This document shows, one piece after another, positions 8,401-18,110 of a stretch of 36,372 nucleotides of DNA (positions are counted from its first letter, which is position 1; every line of letters begins with the position of its first letter). Under the pieces are notes generated by a model. It was not told the origin of the DNA. It worked only from the letters and a program-made list of their open reading frames with translations, and ran no database searches. Origin of the DNA: Thermoplasmatota archaeon (lineage in GTDB: Archaea > Thermoplasmatota > Penumbrarchaeia > Penumbrarchaeales > Penumbrarchaeaceae). The position numbers were made by a program, and so were the translations under genes. The stretch spans positions 1-36,372 of the forward strand of contig CBDDUX010000066.1 of the NCBI GenBank assembly GCA_965234725.1. The letters are read 5' to 3'.

Positions 8401-9280
8401 TGTCCCTGATATTTCCTTCAACCAGGTCATCCACAAAGGATTCCTCTATCTCGAATGTGGCTCCCGCATCCTGGGAAACGATGACATATGGCTTGGTGCC
8501 GTAGGTCTTGTCCCTGTTGTCATGCCATGTGGCGTAGACCAGGTCTCCGTCCATTACTACTCTGGGGTTGACTATCTTGATATTGCTGTCATATTTGCCA
8601 TCATTATTGATCATGAGTGGGGTTGACCAGCTTGATCCCTTGCTGTCCGAATATGAGGACCAAACATTGTTCTTGGACCCCACTTCTCTTTGATCAAGCC
8701 AGACTACGATCACTCGGCCATCCTGATTGACGGCTACATCGGATGTTGTCGCATGCTGGACCCTGTCCGGCGGTGGTGGTGAGACCTGTATCGATTCTCC
8801 GAATGACTCCCCATCGGCAGATACTGACATCCTAACCACTCTAGGATGTGTGAGCGCAATATCTTCCCTCCATTCCCTGTGATCCGTCCAGACCACAAAA
8901 ACAGTGCCATCAGGTCCGACATCCATTCTGGGGTTCACTTTCTGGGTTATGAAATTGCCATCCCCTGACTCATTGCCGTCTCTGAGGACGTCATCGACCC
9001 TTACAGGATCTGACCAGGACAGGCCATTGTCATCCGAATGGGTCAGATATGCCCCGTAGTAGAACTCGGGATTTCCTTCATAGAGAAGATATATCCTTCC
9101 ATCCGGTGCCACCACCATATCCCGAGTGGCCTGAAGATTTCTGTCGAAATCCTCTCCCAGTATCTTATATGGTTTCGAGAAGACCGGTTCCCCTGCCTCC
9201 ACATTATCTGGAACCAGGGGTATCATGGAGATCATGAGCAGTGCAATGCTGGCAAGAATCACGGGTGCGGTCCTGTTCAT
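5459..9280 (-). CDS. Large cell-surface protein: signal peptide, BNR/Asp-box beta-propeller (sialidase-like), Ig-like domains, TM anchor, acidic tail
   Basis: Six Asp-box repeats (SDDNGLSW, SADGESF, SDSKGSSW, SQDAGATF, STDHGGNF, SSDNGETW), hydrophobic N-terminus, TM segment AFLIIVLLIVAIIAFIGILI, GGAGG SD. Confidence 0.85.
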   Translation of the reverse strand: MNRTAPVILASIALLMISMIPLVPDNVEAGEPVFSKPYKILGEDFDRNLQATRDMVVAPDGRIYLLYEGNPEFYYGAYLTHSDDNGLSWSDPVRVDDVLRDGNESGDGNFITQKVNPRMDVGPDGTVFVVWTDHREWREDIALTHPRVVRMSVSADGESFGESIQVSPPPPDRVQHATTSDVAVNQDGRVIVVWLDQREVGSKNNVWSSYSDSKGSSWSTPLMINNDGKYDSNIKIVNPRVVMDGDLVYATWHDNRDKTYGTKPYVIVSQDAGATFEIEESFVDDLVEGNIRDRAIPALDDNGTLYIAWVDQRSDVEEIWFVKSTDHGGNFTPDRRLIDPPADTRDLDPFIGTYGGNRLFVTWERQVEFVNSYGNPDLESEAFYMDSSDNGETWEKPLRIDDEDRFKEDRLDQKYTAGVYDQTGRVLCTYYGDYRVGDGIKRSLFMSRHSKSLDGTTYLPVIDSKWYFGESGFDPTVGSTMTNFTFNLTYRDTDNDAPREGFPRMYLFRDPQGTDPVLTQPVILGKNRGPSDIYYMDGVPYNVTVRIPEEGRFYWKMEISDEADPSIISSDILPGPLIDTSIPSIEILDPTPEVWNSSAKVNCRVRVTDTGGAGVDPDRIRFNISFQGPNEFDKGIKMSGYKVIDNDTIEAWGSTTMYPGKNNYLKFEAYDRVGNGPFITDPINIWLDPTPPYFMDVSPLENDTRIYSDVNCSITIRDNLEGSTNLEFTGVDPSTIMYAYKKTSEGFSDWMFPDGRMEVDKGAYRAWVSVNFPDEGIYSKIKWRVSDHVGNLVESREFIVKVDVPDNYRPVFKGRAWPDIVASPTPHFWWEDAYDEDGDVLYYRAMVMRNNLQLMDFFDLGSNTFFDLPDREALAPDFYVLRIHVTDRIGGEDFMDHPFQIKDLGPKPPSMVPEFGPYFTRTGSVNVEWDGSDIPDSDYWFRVGSSYLTGDVLDWIDLGKNTSFDMSTLGLGVGTYSTQVMAWANGNFSRVRTALFKISDYSINLTLPQNHIAFRGKGFSISGPMNCEILNKGTLPDNVTLYLEGEPVDAGWIFFETTGTSVGTFSVMSSKGMDIPIPKAFDIVVSPEEKTPKREYMFSIKAISEDGTTETLVEGLVIDVKDAPGGDESTPLTDDITDVLPFLSVLPNGLIIPAFLIIVLLIVAIIAFIGILISRFTSKRKKATDPITERIRTYKDLYGQDPTEEEIATWKLELEKASSPVVPIIEKEVPSEEEEDLQEESEEEGVPKEEVHNESPEYDDKEEDDLLDRLFDE

Positions 9281-9355
9281 TTAGGAACCTCCCTGAGGGA
9301 AACGGGCGGGAACGTTATCTGGATAGGGACCTCGGTATAAATACAATACTGGTTT

Positions 9356-10579
9356 TCAGCAGTTCTCCCCCGCGAGGTTCCCTGTTGAGAATGCGATCTG
9401 GAGGTTGAAACCTCCTGTTCCTGCATGGATATCCAACACCTCTCCGGCAAAATAGAGGCCTTTGACGATCCTTGAACCCATTGTAGAAGGGTCCACCTGG
9501 TCGATATCTATACCTCCTGCTGTTATCATAGCCGTACTGTCCTTTGCTCCGGTGGATATCATCGTCAGGTCCTTCATGGAAGATATAAGGGCCTTCCTCA
9601 TCTCCTTTTTTAGCTGGTTTGCATTCGGATCAGGAGGAATACCGGAGAGAGCAAGTAACCTCTCGGCAAGTCTCCTGCTTATCAAAGGGGAAATGATGTT
9701 CTTCAATTTCTTCTTTGGATCGGAAGCCTGGGCCTTGATCAGGAAAGAATCCAGCTCCGATGTCTTCATGGAGGGAGCAAGGTCCATCGTAACTTCGAGA
9801 GGGAATCCGTTCTCATTCAAAAGGTCAAGTTCGAAAACAGCAGGACCCGTTATTCCATCGTGGGTGATCAGTAGAGGACCTCTTGCTGTAACCCCTTCAC
9901 CAGTCCTCAGTAAAATATCATCCAGGGTCATTCCCTGAAGACCCTGAAGGGCATTTTCACTGATGATCATTGATCTGAGCCTTGGTTGGGGAGATATTAA
10001 TTTGTGCCCGATAGATCCGGCTATCCTCAGACCCTCACCATCGGAACCTGTCTCAGGATAGGTTATGCCTCCTGTGGATATTATGACCGAGACGGCATCG
10101 ATCTCCTTACCATCTTGAAGGACAACACCTTTCACTGAACCTTTTTCAACGAGGATCGAAATTACATTTCCCTTTGCGATATTGACCCCCCTTGACCTTG
10201 CTTGATTGAGGAGAGTATCAAGAACATCCGATGCCTTATCTGATCCGGGAAAGACCCTTCCACCATCCTCGACCTTTGTGTCCAGGTGCCACTCCTTGAA
10301 CCTTTCCAATAGCATTTCTGGAGAAAGGGAGTAAAGGGCGCAATAGAGGAATTCACGATTTTTGTAGACATTATCCAGGAATTCATCGACCTCACAGAGA
10401 TTGGTAATATTGCATCTTCCCCCTCCCGTCAACAGAAGCTTTCTTCCCGGAGGTTCGTTTCTGTCCAGTAAAAGGACCTCCTTCCCTCTCGAGGATGCGG
10501 CAATGGATGCCATCAATCCCGCAGGACCCCCTCCGACAACAATGACCCTTTCACTCATCATTTTAGCTCCGTTATCCAT
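9356..10579 (-). CDS. HI0933/YhiN (BaiN-like) family NAD(P)/FAD-dependent oxidoreductase
   Basis: GGGPAG, GRKLLLTGGGRCNITN, GRVFP, TGSDGEG, TAGGI and GEVLDIHAGTGGFNLQIAFSTG signatures. Confidence 0.92.
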   Translation of the reverse strand: MDNGAKMMSERVIVVGGGPAGLMASIAASSRGKEVLLLDRNEPPGRKLLLTGGGRCNITNLCEVDEFLDNVYKNREFLYCALYSLSPEMLLERFKEWHLDTKVEDGGRVFPGSDKASDVLDTLLNQARSRGVNIAKGNVISILVEKGSVKGVVLQDGKEIDAVSVIISTGGITYPETGSDGEGLRIAGSIGHKLISPQPRLRSMIISENALQGLQGMTLDDILLRTGEGVTARGPLLITHDGITGPAVFELDLLNENGFPLEVTMDLAPSMKTSELDSFLIKAQASDPKKKLKNIISPLISRRLAERLLALSGIPPDPNANQLKKEMRKALISSMKDLTMISTGAKDSTAMITAGGIDIDQVDPSTMGSRIVKGLYFAGEVLDIHAGTGGFNLQIAFSTGNLAGENC

Positions 10580-10609
10580 GAGATGATCGGTTCACGGATA
10601 AATCTTTCT

Positions 10610-11371
10610 TCATATGAACGATAGTATGCCAGTGACCAATGCCGTGATCCCGGCGGTAAGGACAAGGATAAGGGCGATCTTCCTGAACCAGTCCTCTCCC
10701 ACCCTGTGGGAAAGGAATTCACCTATAAGGAGTCCGACGGGAAGAGGGGGGATCAATATGACCGAAAGAAGAAGTACTTCCTCGGTGAGGACCCCTGTCC
10801 CGAAGAAGACGATAAAGGTCACTATGTTCAGCAGGAAGAAATATGTCACCAGATTTGCCCTGAAATGGACCTTCCCTATCCTCTGATTGGAAAGGAACAG
10901 GATGATCGGCGGTCCGCTCATGGAAACACTTCCGTTGAGCAGACCGCTGATAAACCCCAGAGGGACCAGAGCCCTCTTCTCCCTCTTGAATCGGTACGAG
11001 AAGCCGGCAAGAAGCAGCAATGAGAAGATAGTTATCAGTATTCCGATAAGGACCTTCAAAGCGTTCGAGGGGAGTAGTATCAAGACTGCAGCCCCAAAGG
11101 GAATTCCAAGGATCCCTCCAAGGAAGAGAGGGATCACCCTTTTCCTCTGGATGTATCTCCTGTTCCTGACCGAGAGGTACATGTTCATGAGGAGACCGTG
11201 GACAAGTGTCAGAGGGACAACGACCTTAGGTCCCATGAAAAGGGAAAGGACCGGAACGGCAACAAGTGCGGACCCGAAACCAACAAGTCCCTGGACGAAA
11301 CCTGAGAGGAGAAGAACTGCCGCGGCTGCCAGAATGAGAACCGGTTCCACGCATATGAAGATGTGTTCCAC
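10610..11371 (-). CDS. Sulfite exporter TauE/SafE family membrane protein
   Basis: SGFVQGLVGFGSALVAVP and repeated SGLLNGSVSMSGPP motifs, about 8 TM segments. Confidence 0.88.
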   Translation of the reverse strand: MEHIFICVEPVLILAAAAVLLLSGFVQGLVGFGSALVAVPVLSLFMGPKVVVPLTLVHGLLMNMYLSVRNRRYIQRKRVIPLFLGGILGIPFGAAVLILLPSNALKVLIGILITIFSLLLLAGFSYRFKREKRALVPLGFISGLLNGSVSMSGPPIILFLSNQRIGKVHFRANLVTYFFLLNIVTFIVFFGTGVLTEEVLLLSVILIPPLPVGLLIGEFLSHRVGEDWFRKIALILVLTAGITALVTGILSFI

Positions 11372-11441
11372 TTGAAAATCGTGTCGGAGGTGTCTAGTTC
11401 CTGGAATCGAAATAGAATCATCGTAATCCGATCGATCCCCT

Positions 11442-12155
11442 TTAGATCAGGAAAGGGACCTTGTTACGATAGGCCTGGTAGTTATGGTCCTCACCCATCT
11501 CCTTCTCCTCTTTCTTGCAGACCCTGATATACATGAAGATCAGGATCGGGGCGAAGATCACGGTGAGGAGTGTGGGCCATCCCAGTAGCCATCCCCCTAT
11601 GACCAGTATGAATCCAAGGTACTGGGGATGTCTCGATATCGAGTACAAACCGGTTGTAACCAGGCCCTCTTTCTTGATATTCCGGTAAAGGGTGATCCAC
11701 CCCCACATTATGAGGACCGTTCCCGCGATCATCATGACCGCTCCGTATATCATGGGAATCGTGAAGGCAAAATCGACCCCAAGGAATGGGATCACAAGAG
11801 GCCTGTGGAGGTCCGCACCACCTGTAGGTTGTATCGCTTTGGAAGCGAACAGTATTGCAAATGGTATCCCGTACATCTCTATGAAAAGTGAAATGAAGAA
11901 AGCCGCAACAAGCCCGTATTCCTTCCAGTTGGCCTTCCTCCGAAATCCCAGAGGGATGAGAAAACCTGTGAAAGCAATTATGTTGAGTACAACTATCAGC
12001 CACTGGCCTTTGATGACAGAGGATTCTATGGAACCGGTCAGATGAGCGTAGAAATGATCATATAGATCACGGGGAAAGAGGAACAATGAAAGAAAAAAAA
12101 GGAGAAGAAGGACCCTGATGGTCCAATTCAAGGTTCCTGCCCTGGAAGCAACCAT
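11442..12155 (-). CDS. Isoprenylcysteine carboxyl methyltransferase (ICMT/PEMT)-family membrane protein
   Basis: LVTTGLYSISRHPQYLG, EEKEM and YRNKVPFLI motifs, several TM segments. Confidence 0.85.
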   Translation of the reverse strand: MVASRAGTLNWTIRVLLLLFFLSLFLFPRDLYDHFYAHLTGSIESSVIKGQWLIVVLNIIAFTGFLIPLGFRRKANWKEYGLVAAFFISLFIEMYGIPFAILFASKAIQPTGGADLHRPLVIPFLGVDFAFTIPMIYGAVMMIAGTVLIMWGWITLYRNIKKEGLVTTGLYSISRHPQYLGFILVIGGWLLGWPTLLTVIFAPILIFMYIRVCKKEEKEMGEDHNYQAYRNKVPFLI

Positions 12156-12160
12156 GTTGG

Positions 12161-12871
12161 TTAACCTATATCTCTGTTCATTACATTTTCCACAAGGATA
12201 TCAGGTCTATCGGTGATTATCCCATCCACCCCCATGGAGATGCAGGTTTCCATTGCTTCTTTATCATTTACTGTCCAGGTGTTGACCTTTAATCCAAGTT
12301 CTCTGCACTGTTCCACAAAATCCTTGCTCAAATAATGGTAATTGGGGTGCAATGCCTGTGCTCCGACCTGGTTGGCGAACTCCTCGGACCCCCGTGGGTC
12401 CCGATCAATGAGGAATGCTGTCGGGATACCAGTACCGATGTCTATGAAATCCTTCAATTCCACCGGAGAAAAGGATGATATCAAGATCTCATCCCGATTC
12501 CATCTCCTCGATCCGAACTCCTGCTCAAGCAACTCAGAGACCGGAACGGCGGTTCCACCCCCTTTCAACTCTATGTTCAGCTTGCATTTTCCTGAAAGTT
12601 CCCGCAGGACCTCTTTCAATAGGGGGACCATCTCCCCCATTCCCGCATCAAGCTGTTTGATCTCCTCAAGGTCCATTTCGAAGATCTTCCCGGATCCGTT
12701 CGTCGTCCTGTCCACAGTATCATCATGCATTACGATCAGATGGCCGTCCCGGGTCATATGGACATCCAGCTCTACCATGTCGCATTCGAGGGCTATGGCC
12801 CTGAAAAATGACCTCATGGTGTTCTCGGGTTCGTAACCGGATGCTCCCCTGTGGCCAATGACCAGGACCAT
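12161..12871 (-). CDS. Glycerophosphodiester phosphodiesterase (GlpQ/UgpQ family)
   Basis: IGHRGASGYEPENT, ELDVHMTRDG, HDDTVDRTT, NIELK, WTVND and GVDGIITDRPD motifs. Confidence 0.95.
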   Translation of the reverse strand: MVLVIGHRGASGYEPENTMRSFFRAIALECDMVELDVHMTRDGHLIVMHDDTVDRTTNGSGKIFEMDLEEIKQLDAGMGEMVPLLKEVLRELSGKCKLNIELKGGGTAVPVSELLEQEFGSRRWNRDEILISSFSPVELKDFIDIGTGIPTAFLIDRDPRGSEEFANQVGAQALHPNYHYLSKDFVEQCRELGLKVNTWTVNDKEAMETCISMGVDGIITDRPDILVENVMNRDIG

Positions 12872-12891
12872 GTGGCTTCAACCCTGTTTGT

Positions 12892-13989
12892 TCACTTCAG
12901 GTTTTCGGCCCAGTCCCAATCATAACCCTTGATCCCCAGCTCATCCCTCATCTGGACGACCTCTTTCTTCAGGCTCTCGTTCAACGGAACCCCAATTTCC
13001 CTGGTTGCCAGCCAGTGGAGGTGTTCCTTCTCTCCGGGAGTATATATCCTCTCTGCATTCGGTGCTTTCCTGGATGCCCTCAACTGCCTCATCACATCAC
13101 CTGAGGACCTCTTGAAATCCTCCAGTGGATCGAAGGCCTCGATGTCTATTGCAAGGAAGAAATGCCCCACATTGACACCTGTTATCGCCTTCAAGAACGG
13201 ACCTGCCTGGAGTGCGGATGAGAGGACCTCCACTACTGTGGAGTAGCCGTACCCCTTGTATCCGGCGGTCTCATCTCCAATTCCACCCAGGGGAAGGAGT
13301 GCGGCATTGCCCGTTACAAGCTCCCTGAGAATCTCTTCAGGGTCGGTCAGGGATGATCCATCACTTCCTACCACAAGGTTCTCTGGTATGGGTTTACCCT
13401 CCCGTGCATGATATTCTATCTTTCCCCTCTGCCATATTGATGTGGCACAATCCAGAAGGAATGGGAATTCCTCATCTGTTGGGAATCCGATCGTGAACGG
13501 ATTCGTTCCAAGCATCCCCTCGGTGCCGAAGGTAGGGGCTACCGATGGTCGAGCATTGGTGCCGTTGATGCCAATCATACCATTATCAATGGCCATCATT
13601 GAATAGTATCCTGCAGCCCCGTAATGTGTGGAGTTTCTGACAGCTACCATTCCGAGGCCATATGACCTGGCCTTGTCAATTGCCATCTGAATTGATCGTC
13701 TGGCCACAGCATGGCCCATCCCGAACCTTCCATCAATAACAGCGGTAGTGGGACCTTCCTTGACGATCTCCCATCCCGGATGCGGGAACTGAAGACCTTT
13801 CTTTATCCTGTCGTAGTAGAAAGGTTTCATCCGGTTTATCCCATGGGAAGATATACCTCTCCTATCTGCGAAGCTCAGGACCGAAGCGCAGGTCCCTGCA
13901 TCATCCTCGGGAACGTCCAGTCCGATGAATACCTCTCTCATAAAACGCTCAAGCTCATCATACCCAACATGGACCACGTCATCTTCCAT
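12892..13989 (-). CDS. Ldh_2 family (type 2 malate/L-lactate/sulfolactate dehydrogenase-like) oxidoreductase
   Basis: ADRRGISSHG, RNSTHYGAAGYY, GTNP, LDCATS, GYKGYG and PGEKE motifs. Confidence 0.92.
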   Translation of the reverse strand: MEDDVVHVGYDELERFMREVFIGLDVPEDDAGTCASVLSFADRRGISSHGINRMKPFYYDRIKKGLQFPHPGWEIVKEGPTTAVIDGRFGMGHAVARRSIQMAIDKARSYGLGMVAVRNSTHYGAAGYYSMMAIDNGMIGINGTNARPSVAPTFGTEGMLGTNPFTIGFPTDEEFPFLLDCATSIWQRGKIEYHAREGKPIPENLVVGSDGSSLTDPEEILRELVTGNAALLPLGGIGDETAGYKGYGYSTVVEVLSSALQAGPFLKAITGVNVGHFFLAIDIEAFDPLEDFKRSSGDVMRQLRASRKAPNAERIYTPGEKEHLHWLATREIGVPLNESLKKEVVQMRDELGIKGYDWDWAENLK

Positions 13990-14060
13990 CCGAAACCACC
14001 TTTTTCCACTGCAAAGAGGATGGCTGACATTAAATCATTTTTCCTCATGAAATGTCCATT

Positions 14061-17000
14061 CTAAACGTTCCCCGAAACCCCGCAGAATGGACAGATGAGC
14101 TCCTTATCTGTGGATTTGATCGAGAACTTACCCTGGCAGGAGGGACATCTTACTTTGACATCCTCTATCACCTTCTCGGCGAACCTTTCCTCCAACCTGG
14201 CCTTTGTCTCATCATCCAGCTCTCCTCTGGCATTACAGAAGGGACATGTGGCCTCTTCCATGATATGGTCGAGTTCGAACATTCCGCTGCATGAAGGACA
14301 GATTATCGAGATCGGTTCAGGACCCTCTTCCTCCTCCTCCTCCGCTTCTTTTTCCTCATCTCCGGGGACATGGGAGATCGAACCCTTGGCCCCACAGTGA
14401 GAGCAGGTCATAAGTAACGGTCTTTCACCGTCGTCCTTCACCTTGAAAACCCTCTTGCAGGATGGACATTTTACCCTCACCATCTTAGGCTCTTCCACTG
14501 CCGGAGGTTCCTGCTTGGGAGCTTCCTTGGAAACAGGAGGTGTTTGGGAAGGCGAGAGATTTGCACTTGCAGGCGGACCCTGGAGCCCGCCTGGCGGGGT
14601 CATACGAGGAAGACCGGGACCCGGTCCGGGCGGAGGTATGGGTCCAAGAAGATCATGTGCTCTTGACCTTTTCTTTCCGAAAAGGAAATAGAACATCAGG
14701 ACCACCACGATCACCACAACTATGAAGATCACAATTCCAGCTATCAGACCGGAATTGTCCGTTTCAACGGTGTTGGATACCTGGAAGGATAATGAGGATG
14801 TCTGTTCCACACCGGTATCGAGAAAAACCCTTACTTCCAGCTGGTGCTTGCCATCGGAAAGCTTCAGGGTATTCAGATCATATTCCCAATCCGGAGGATT
14901 GTCCGCTTTATCCCAATCTCCTCCATCGATACGGACCTCTACCCTCTCAACCCTGTAGTCGATAATATAATCCACAGAACCCCTGAGGACGACCCTCCCC
15001 ATTAGTGTGGCCCCGTTCCTCGGGAATCTGATCACCAGACCATCGAATTCCACGACAGTTACTGTTGCTCTGGCATAACCCCAGAGGGAACCGTCGGTAA
15101 CATGGGAGAAGATCTCGTAGGTCCCTGCCTCGGAGTATTTGTAAGAGACCGTCGAGGTTGTCTCGTTCCTTATGGTCCCATCCCCGAAATCCCAGTGATA
15201 CTTCAGGTTCCTGGTCTGCCCGCTATCATCGTCTGAAGCGGTGGATGTGAAGTCAACCGTGGAGTTGACGTATATCTTGAATTTCTTACTGGACTGGAGG
15301 TTGGTCACCTCGGGCGGATGATCACCCTGTAATCGTATGATGAGGTATGATGACACGCCCATCCTGTCCGTTACGTTCAATCTCACCAACAGGACATTGT
15401 CATCGTCCACGGGGACCCTGACGGTCTTGCCTTTTTTGGTGAAATCGTTATCCTTGCTGCCGTCCCTGTCCGCATCGCTGCCAGCATCTAGGTCCCAGCT
15501 GTAGGTGAGATTGTTCTTCTCCCTTCCGTCAATGATACCGTTGTTGTTGGAATCGTCATCCGGATCAATGGAACTGCTGGCATCAAGTTCTATCTCTCCC
15601 CTGTCATCTGACATGGGCACTATGATCGGATCGTCTTCTTCGTTCCAACCAAGGACCTTTGGTATCGGAGGTTCATTCGGGAATCTTGGACCGACAATGA
15701 CCTCTGCTTCGGAGACCGCGAAGCCATCATCAACCAGGAGCTTGACGGTGTACTCACCCTCTTCATTGTAGGTAAATGTGATATTGTAACCTGATTGGTC
15801 GAAGATACCATCCCCATCCAGGTCCCATCGGTAGGTGAGCTTGTCCCCATCCTCGTCCGTTGTCCCGTTGGCAGAGAACTTGAATGCTTCCCCCACAATA
15901 ATGTCGCCTGGGGGTTCAATAATTGCATTTGGGATGGTGTTCACAGCTATCTTGAGAGTGGCGTTGGCGACATTATCGTAACTTGAGCCGTCATCAACTT
16001 CCAGGGTGACCGTATAGGTTCCGAATACCGACCATGAGTGGGAGATGTTGACACCTGTGGAAACGGACCCGTCACCCAGGTCCCATCGATATGAGAGAGA
16101 ATCACCATTAAGGTCAAAGGATGAAAAGCCGGATAGTTCTGCAGTTTCAGTGACATTAACTGTCCTGACACCGCCCCTGGACTTGATGTTCGGAGCTGAA
16201 ATCACCGCAACGGGCGCATCATTTGTAACCTTGATGTGCTGGAAATCCGAGGAGACCAGTCCGTCGGTATCCCGAACCTTAAGGGAGATGTTGTGTGACC
16301 CCTCCTCCAGGGTAATATTTAGCAGAGGGCCGTATCCAAGAACACTTCCTCCACTGAGATTGGTAGACCATGTGAAGTTCATGGTGTTCAACGTATCGAA
16401 GCTGTTTGGATCGGTGGTATCGGTCCCATCTAGAGTGATGATCTCACCCTTCATATAAACAGACCTTCTTGGAATGATATCCATCACGGCAGCAGGGCCC
16501 AATATATCCTCCCTCACCTTGATCATCTTCACAAGTATGGATTCTCCACCGTTTGGATCGGTCACTGTAAGGGTTATGTTGTGCCAACCGATCATCTTCA
16601 TCTCCCTTGTGAAGACAGGTAGGGAAGGAAATGGACCCTCGCCATCCACATCTGATACCCAGGAGAAAGTGAGGGCGGAAAGATCGGATTCCGGATCGGA
16701 CACCGTGGTCGCGTTGAATTCGATTGGGGCCGATATCTCGTAAAAAGGTCCCTCGGACCCTGAATCCATTGGAAGAATGGAAAGTGAATCAAGGATCGGG
16801 TCCTGGTTGATGCTTGGTGACACATCCACCTCAGCGGTCCCGAACTCTCCAAGGGGATCTGTCAATGTTAGCTGGATGGTGATCTTCTCTTCTGTGAAAA
16901 CCACAAAATTTGGACGGGACGTATCATTGTCTAAGATGTCGACATTATCATTCGATGTACATTCCCAAGACCAGGTGCAGTTGTCTATGTCCTCATCTGT

Positions 17001-17231
17001 GGAATTGGAACCGTCCAGATTAACGATCTCATTTAGCAGTACACCGGTTATTTCCTCTCCGGCATCCGCAACGGGGGGTTGGTTGTCTTCCCCTGCTCCA
17101 ACATCGGAACTTGCGGAGAACGGCACCACCGATATCGCCATTAGAAGGACGACAAGAAGGGGAACATACCCGTCGATCATCCTCGGGGAGGGGTGTCCCG
17201 CACTTCTCTTTTCTTTCATCAAAAGGACCAC
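14061..17231 (-). CDS. PKD-domain surface protein with TM segment, Pro-rich linker and three cytoplasmic zinc ribbons
   Basis: NQPPVADAG, WDLGDG, WDLDGDG and WDFGDG PKD motifs. TM segment IAGIVIFIVVVIVVVLMFYFLF. Six C-terminal CxxC motifs. Confidence 0.85.
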   Translation of the reverse strand: MVLLMKEKRSAGHPSPRMIDGYVPLLVVLLMAISVVPFSASSDVGAGEDNQPPVADAGEEITGVLLNEIVNLDGSNSTDEDIDNCTWSWECTSNDNVDILDNDTSRPNFVVFTEEKITIQLTLTDPLGEFGTAEVDVSPSINQDPILDSLSILPMDSGSEGPFYEISAPIEFNATTVSDPESDLSALTFSWVSDVDGEGPFPSLPVFTREMKMIGWHNITLTVTDPNGGESILVKMIKVREDILGPAAVMDIIPRRSVYMKGEIITLDGTDTTDPNSFDTLNTMNFTWSTNLSGGSVLGYGPLLNITLEEGSHNISLKVRDTDGLVSSDFQHIKVTNDAPVAVISAPNIKSRGGVRTVNVTETAELSGFSSFDLNGDSLSYRWDLGDGSVSTGVNISHSWSVFGTYTVTLEVDDGSSYDNVANATLKIAVNTIPNAIIEPPGDIIVGEAFKFSANGTTDEDGDKLTYRWDLDGDGIFDQSGYNITFTYNEEGEYTVKLLVDDGFAVSEAEVIVGPRFPNEPPIPKVLGWNEEDDPIIVPMSDDRGEIELDASSSIDPDDDSNNNGIIDGREKNNLTYSWDLDAGSDADRDGSKDNDFTKKGKTVRVPVDDDNVLLVRLNVTDRMGVSSYLIIRLQGDHPPEVTNLQSSKKFKIYVNSTVDFTSTASDDDSGQTRNLKYHWDFGDGTIRNETTSTVSYKYSEAGTYEIFSHVTDGSLWGYARATVTVVEFDGLVIRFPRNGATLMGRVVLRGSVDYIIDYRVERVEVRIDGGDWDKADNPPDWEYDLNTLKLSDGKHQLEVRVFLDTGVEQTSSLSFQVSNTVETDNSGLIAGIVIFIVVVIVVVLMFYFLFGKKRSRAHDLLGPIPPPGPGPGLPRMTPPGGLQGPPASANLSPSQTPPVSKEAPKQEPPAVEEPKMVRVKCPSCKRVFKVKDDGERPLLMTCSHCGAKGSISHVPGDEEKEAEEEEEEGPEPISIICPSCSGMFELDHIMEEATCPFCNARGELDDETKARLEERFAEKVIEDVKVRCPSCQGKFSIKSTDKELICPFCGVSGNV

Positions 17232-17313
17232 TCCTATTCCTCATGGTGTTATTTATGTTCCATACGTGATATCTTTATAAATCCTTTGGCAGGAACTGGC
17301 AAAGGTCATCACC

Positions 17314-17667
17314 TCAGAAGAAATCCTTCAGAAGAAGGACCTCCTCCATAGGGCCCTTGACCTTGATCTTCTTCATCGCATATGCCATCAATGGGTTCAA
17401 TTTCTTGTCAAGGATCTTCTGCATGGTCTGAGTATCAGTAACGACAAGAAGGGTTGGTTCCTCGAGCTTTCCTTCCCTTGGAACCAGCAATTTCCCGTCC
17501 TTCACCTCCAGGATATAATCCTTTTCATCCGTGAAATGAAGGGAGATCGTCCTGTCCTTCTCCTCCGCCATCTCCCTGACCTTGGGATCGTTCTCTATCT
17601 TACTGTTCACTTCCTTGCTAAGTGCTATGAGTTTTTCCAGCATGAGGATCACGGCCTCCGTTCCCAA
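17314..17667 (-). CDS. SCP2 sterol-binding domain protein
   Basis: C-terminal LNPLMAYAMKKIKVKG matches the SCP2 signature; 117 aa; overlaps the upstream gene end. Confidence 0.75.
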   Translation of the reverse strand: MGTEAVILMLEKLIALSKEVNSKIENDPKVREMAEEKDRTISLHFTDEKDYILEVKDGKLLVPREGKLEEPTLLVVTDTQTMQKILDKKLNPLMAYAMKKIKVKGPMEEVLLLKDFF

Positions 17668-18110
17668 CCTTCCTTCCAGACAGAGAAGAATCCGTTATGA
17701 GGGTCCATTTCCAAGATGTCCCCGGTGTCGATATTCTCCATTTTCTGCCGATCTACCCTGCTGAGAAGGGGAATATCTGCGAGAATGCAACCGATGGTTA
17801 TAATTGCATCGGCCCGGGACATGACCATTCCTCTGGGGGCATTCCCGAAAAGCCTCAGGTTGTATACCACGTAAGATCCAACGGTCGATCCTGCTCCCTC
17901 TTCAAAGACAATTATCCTATCTTTAATGTAACCCACAAAGCCGTCCTTTGTAAGTGTCCCTTTCTCAGGGTCTACATCTCCAAGAAATGATATGGAACCC
18001 TTCCATCTCAGCACCTCACCAGAAACAGGTTCATTACCCACACCTTTGAGCGGTGATCCCTGCCCCTGAATATCCGGAACCCTGCCACTTACTTCAGCTT
18101 TCATCGTCAT
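17649..18110 (-). CDS. Aconitase X swivel domain / phosphomevalonate dehydratase small subunit (DUF126)
   Basis: ISFLGDVDPEKG, GAGSTVGSYVVY, NAPRG and GCILADIPL motifs. Confidence 0.82.
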   Translation of the reverse strand: MTMKAEVSGRVPDIQGQGSPLKGVGNEPVSGEVLRWKGSISFLGDVDPEKGTLTKDGFVGYIKDRIIVFEEGAGSTVGSYVVYNLRLFGNAPRGMVMSRADAIITIGCILADIPLLSRVDRQKMENIDTGDILEMDPHNGFFSVWKEGWERRP

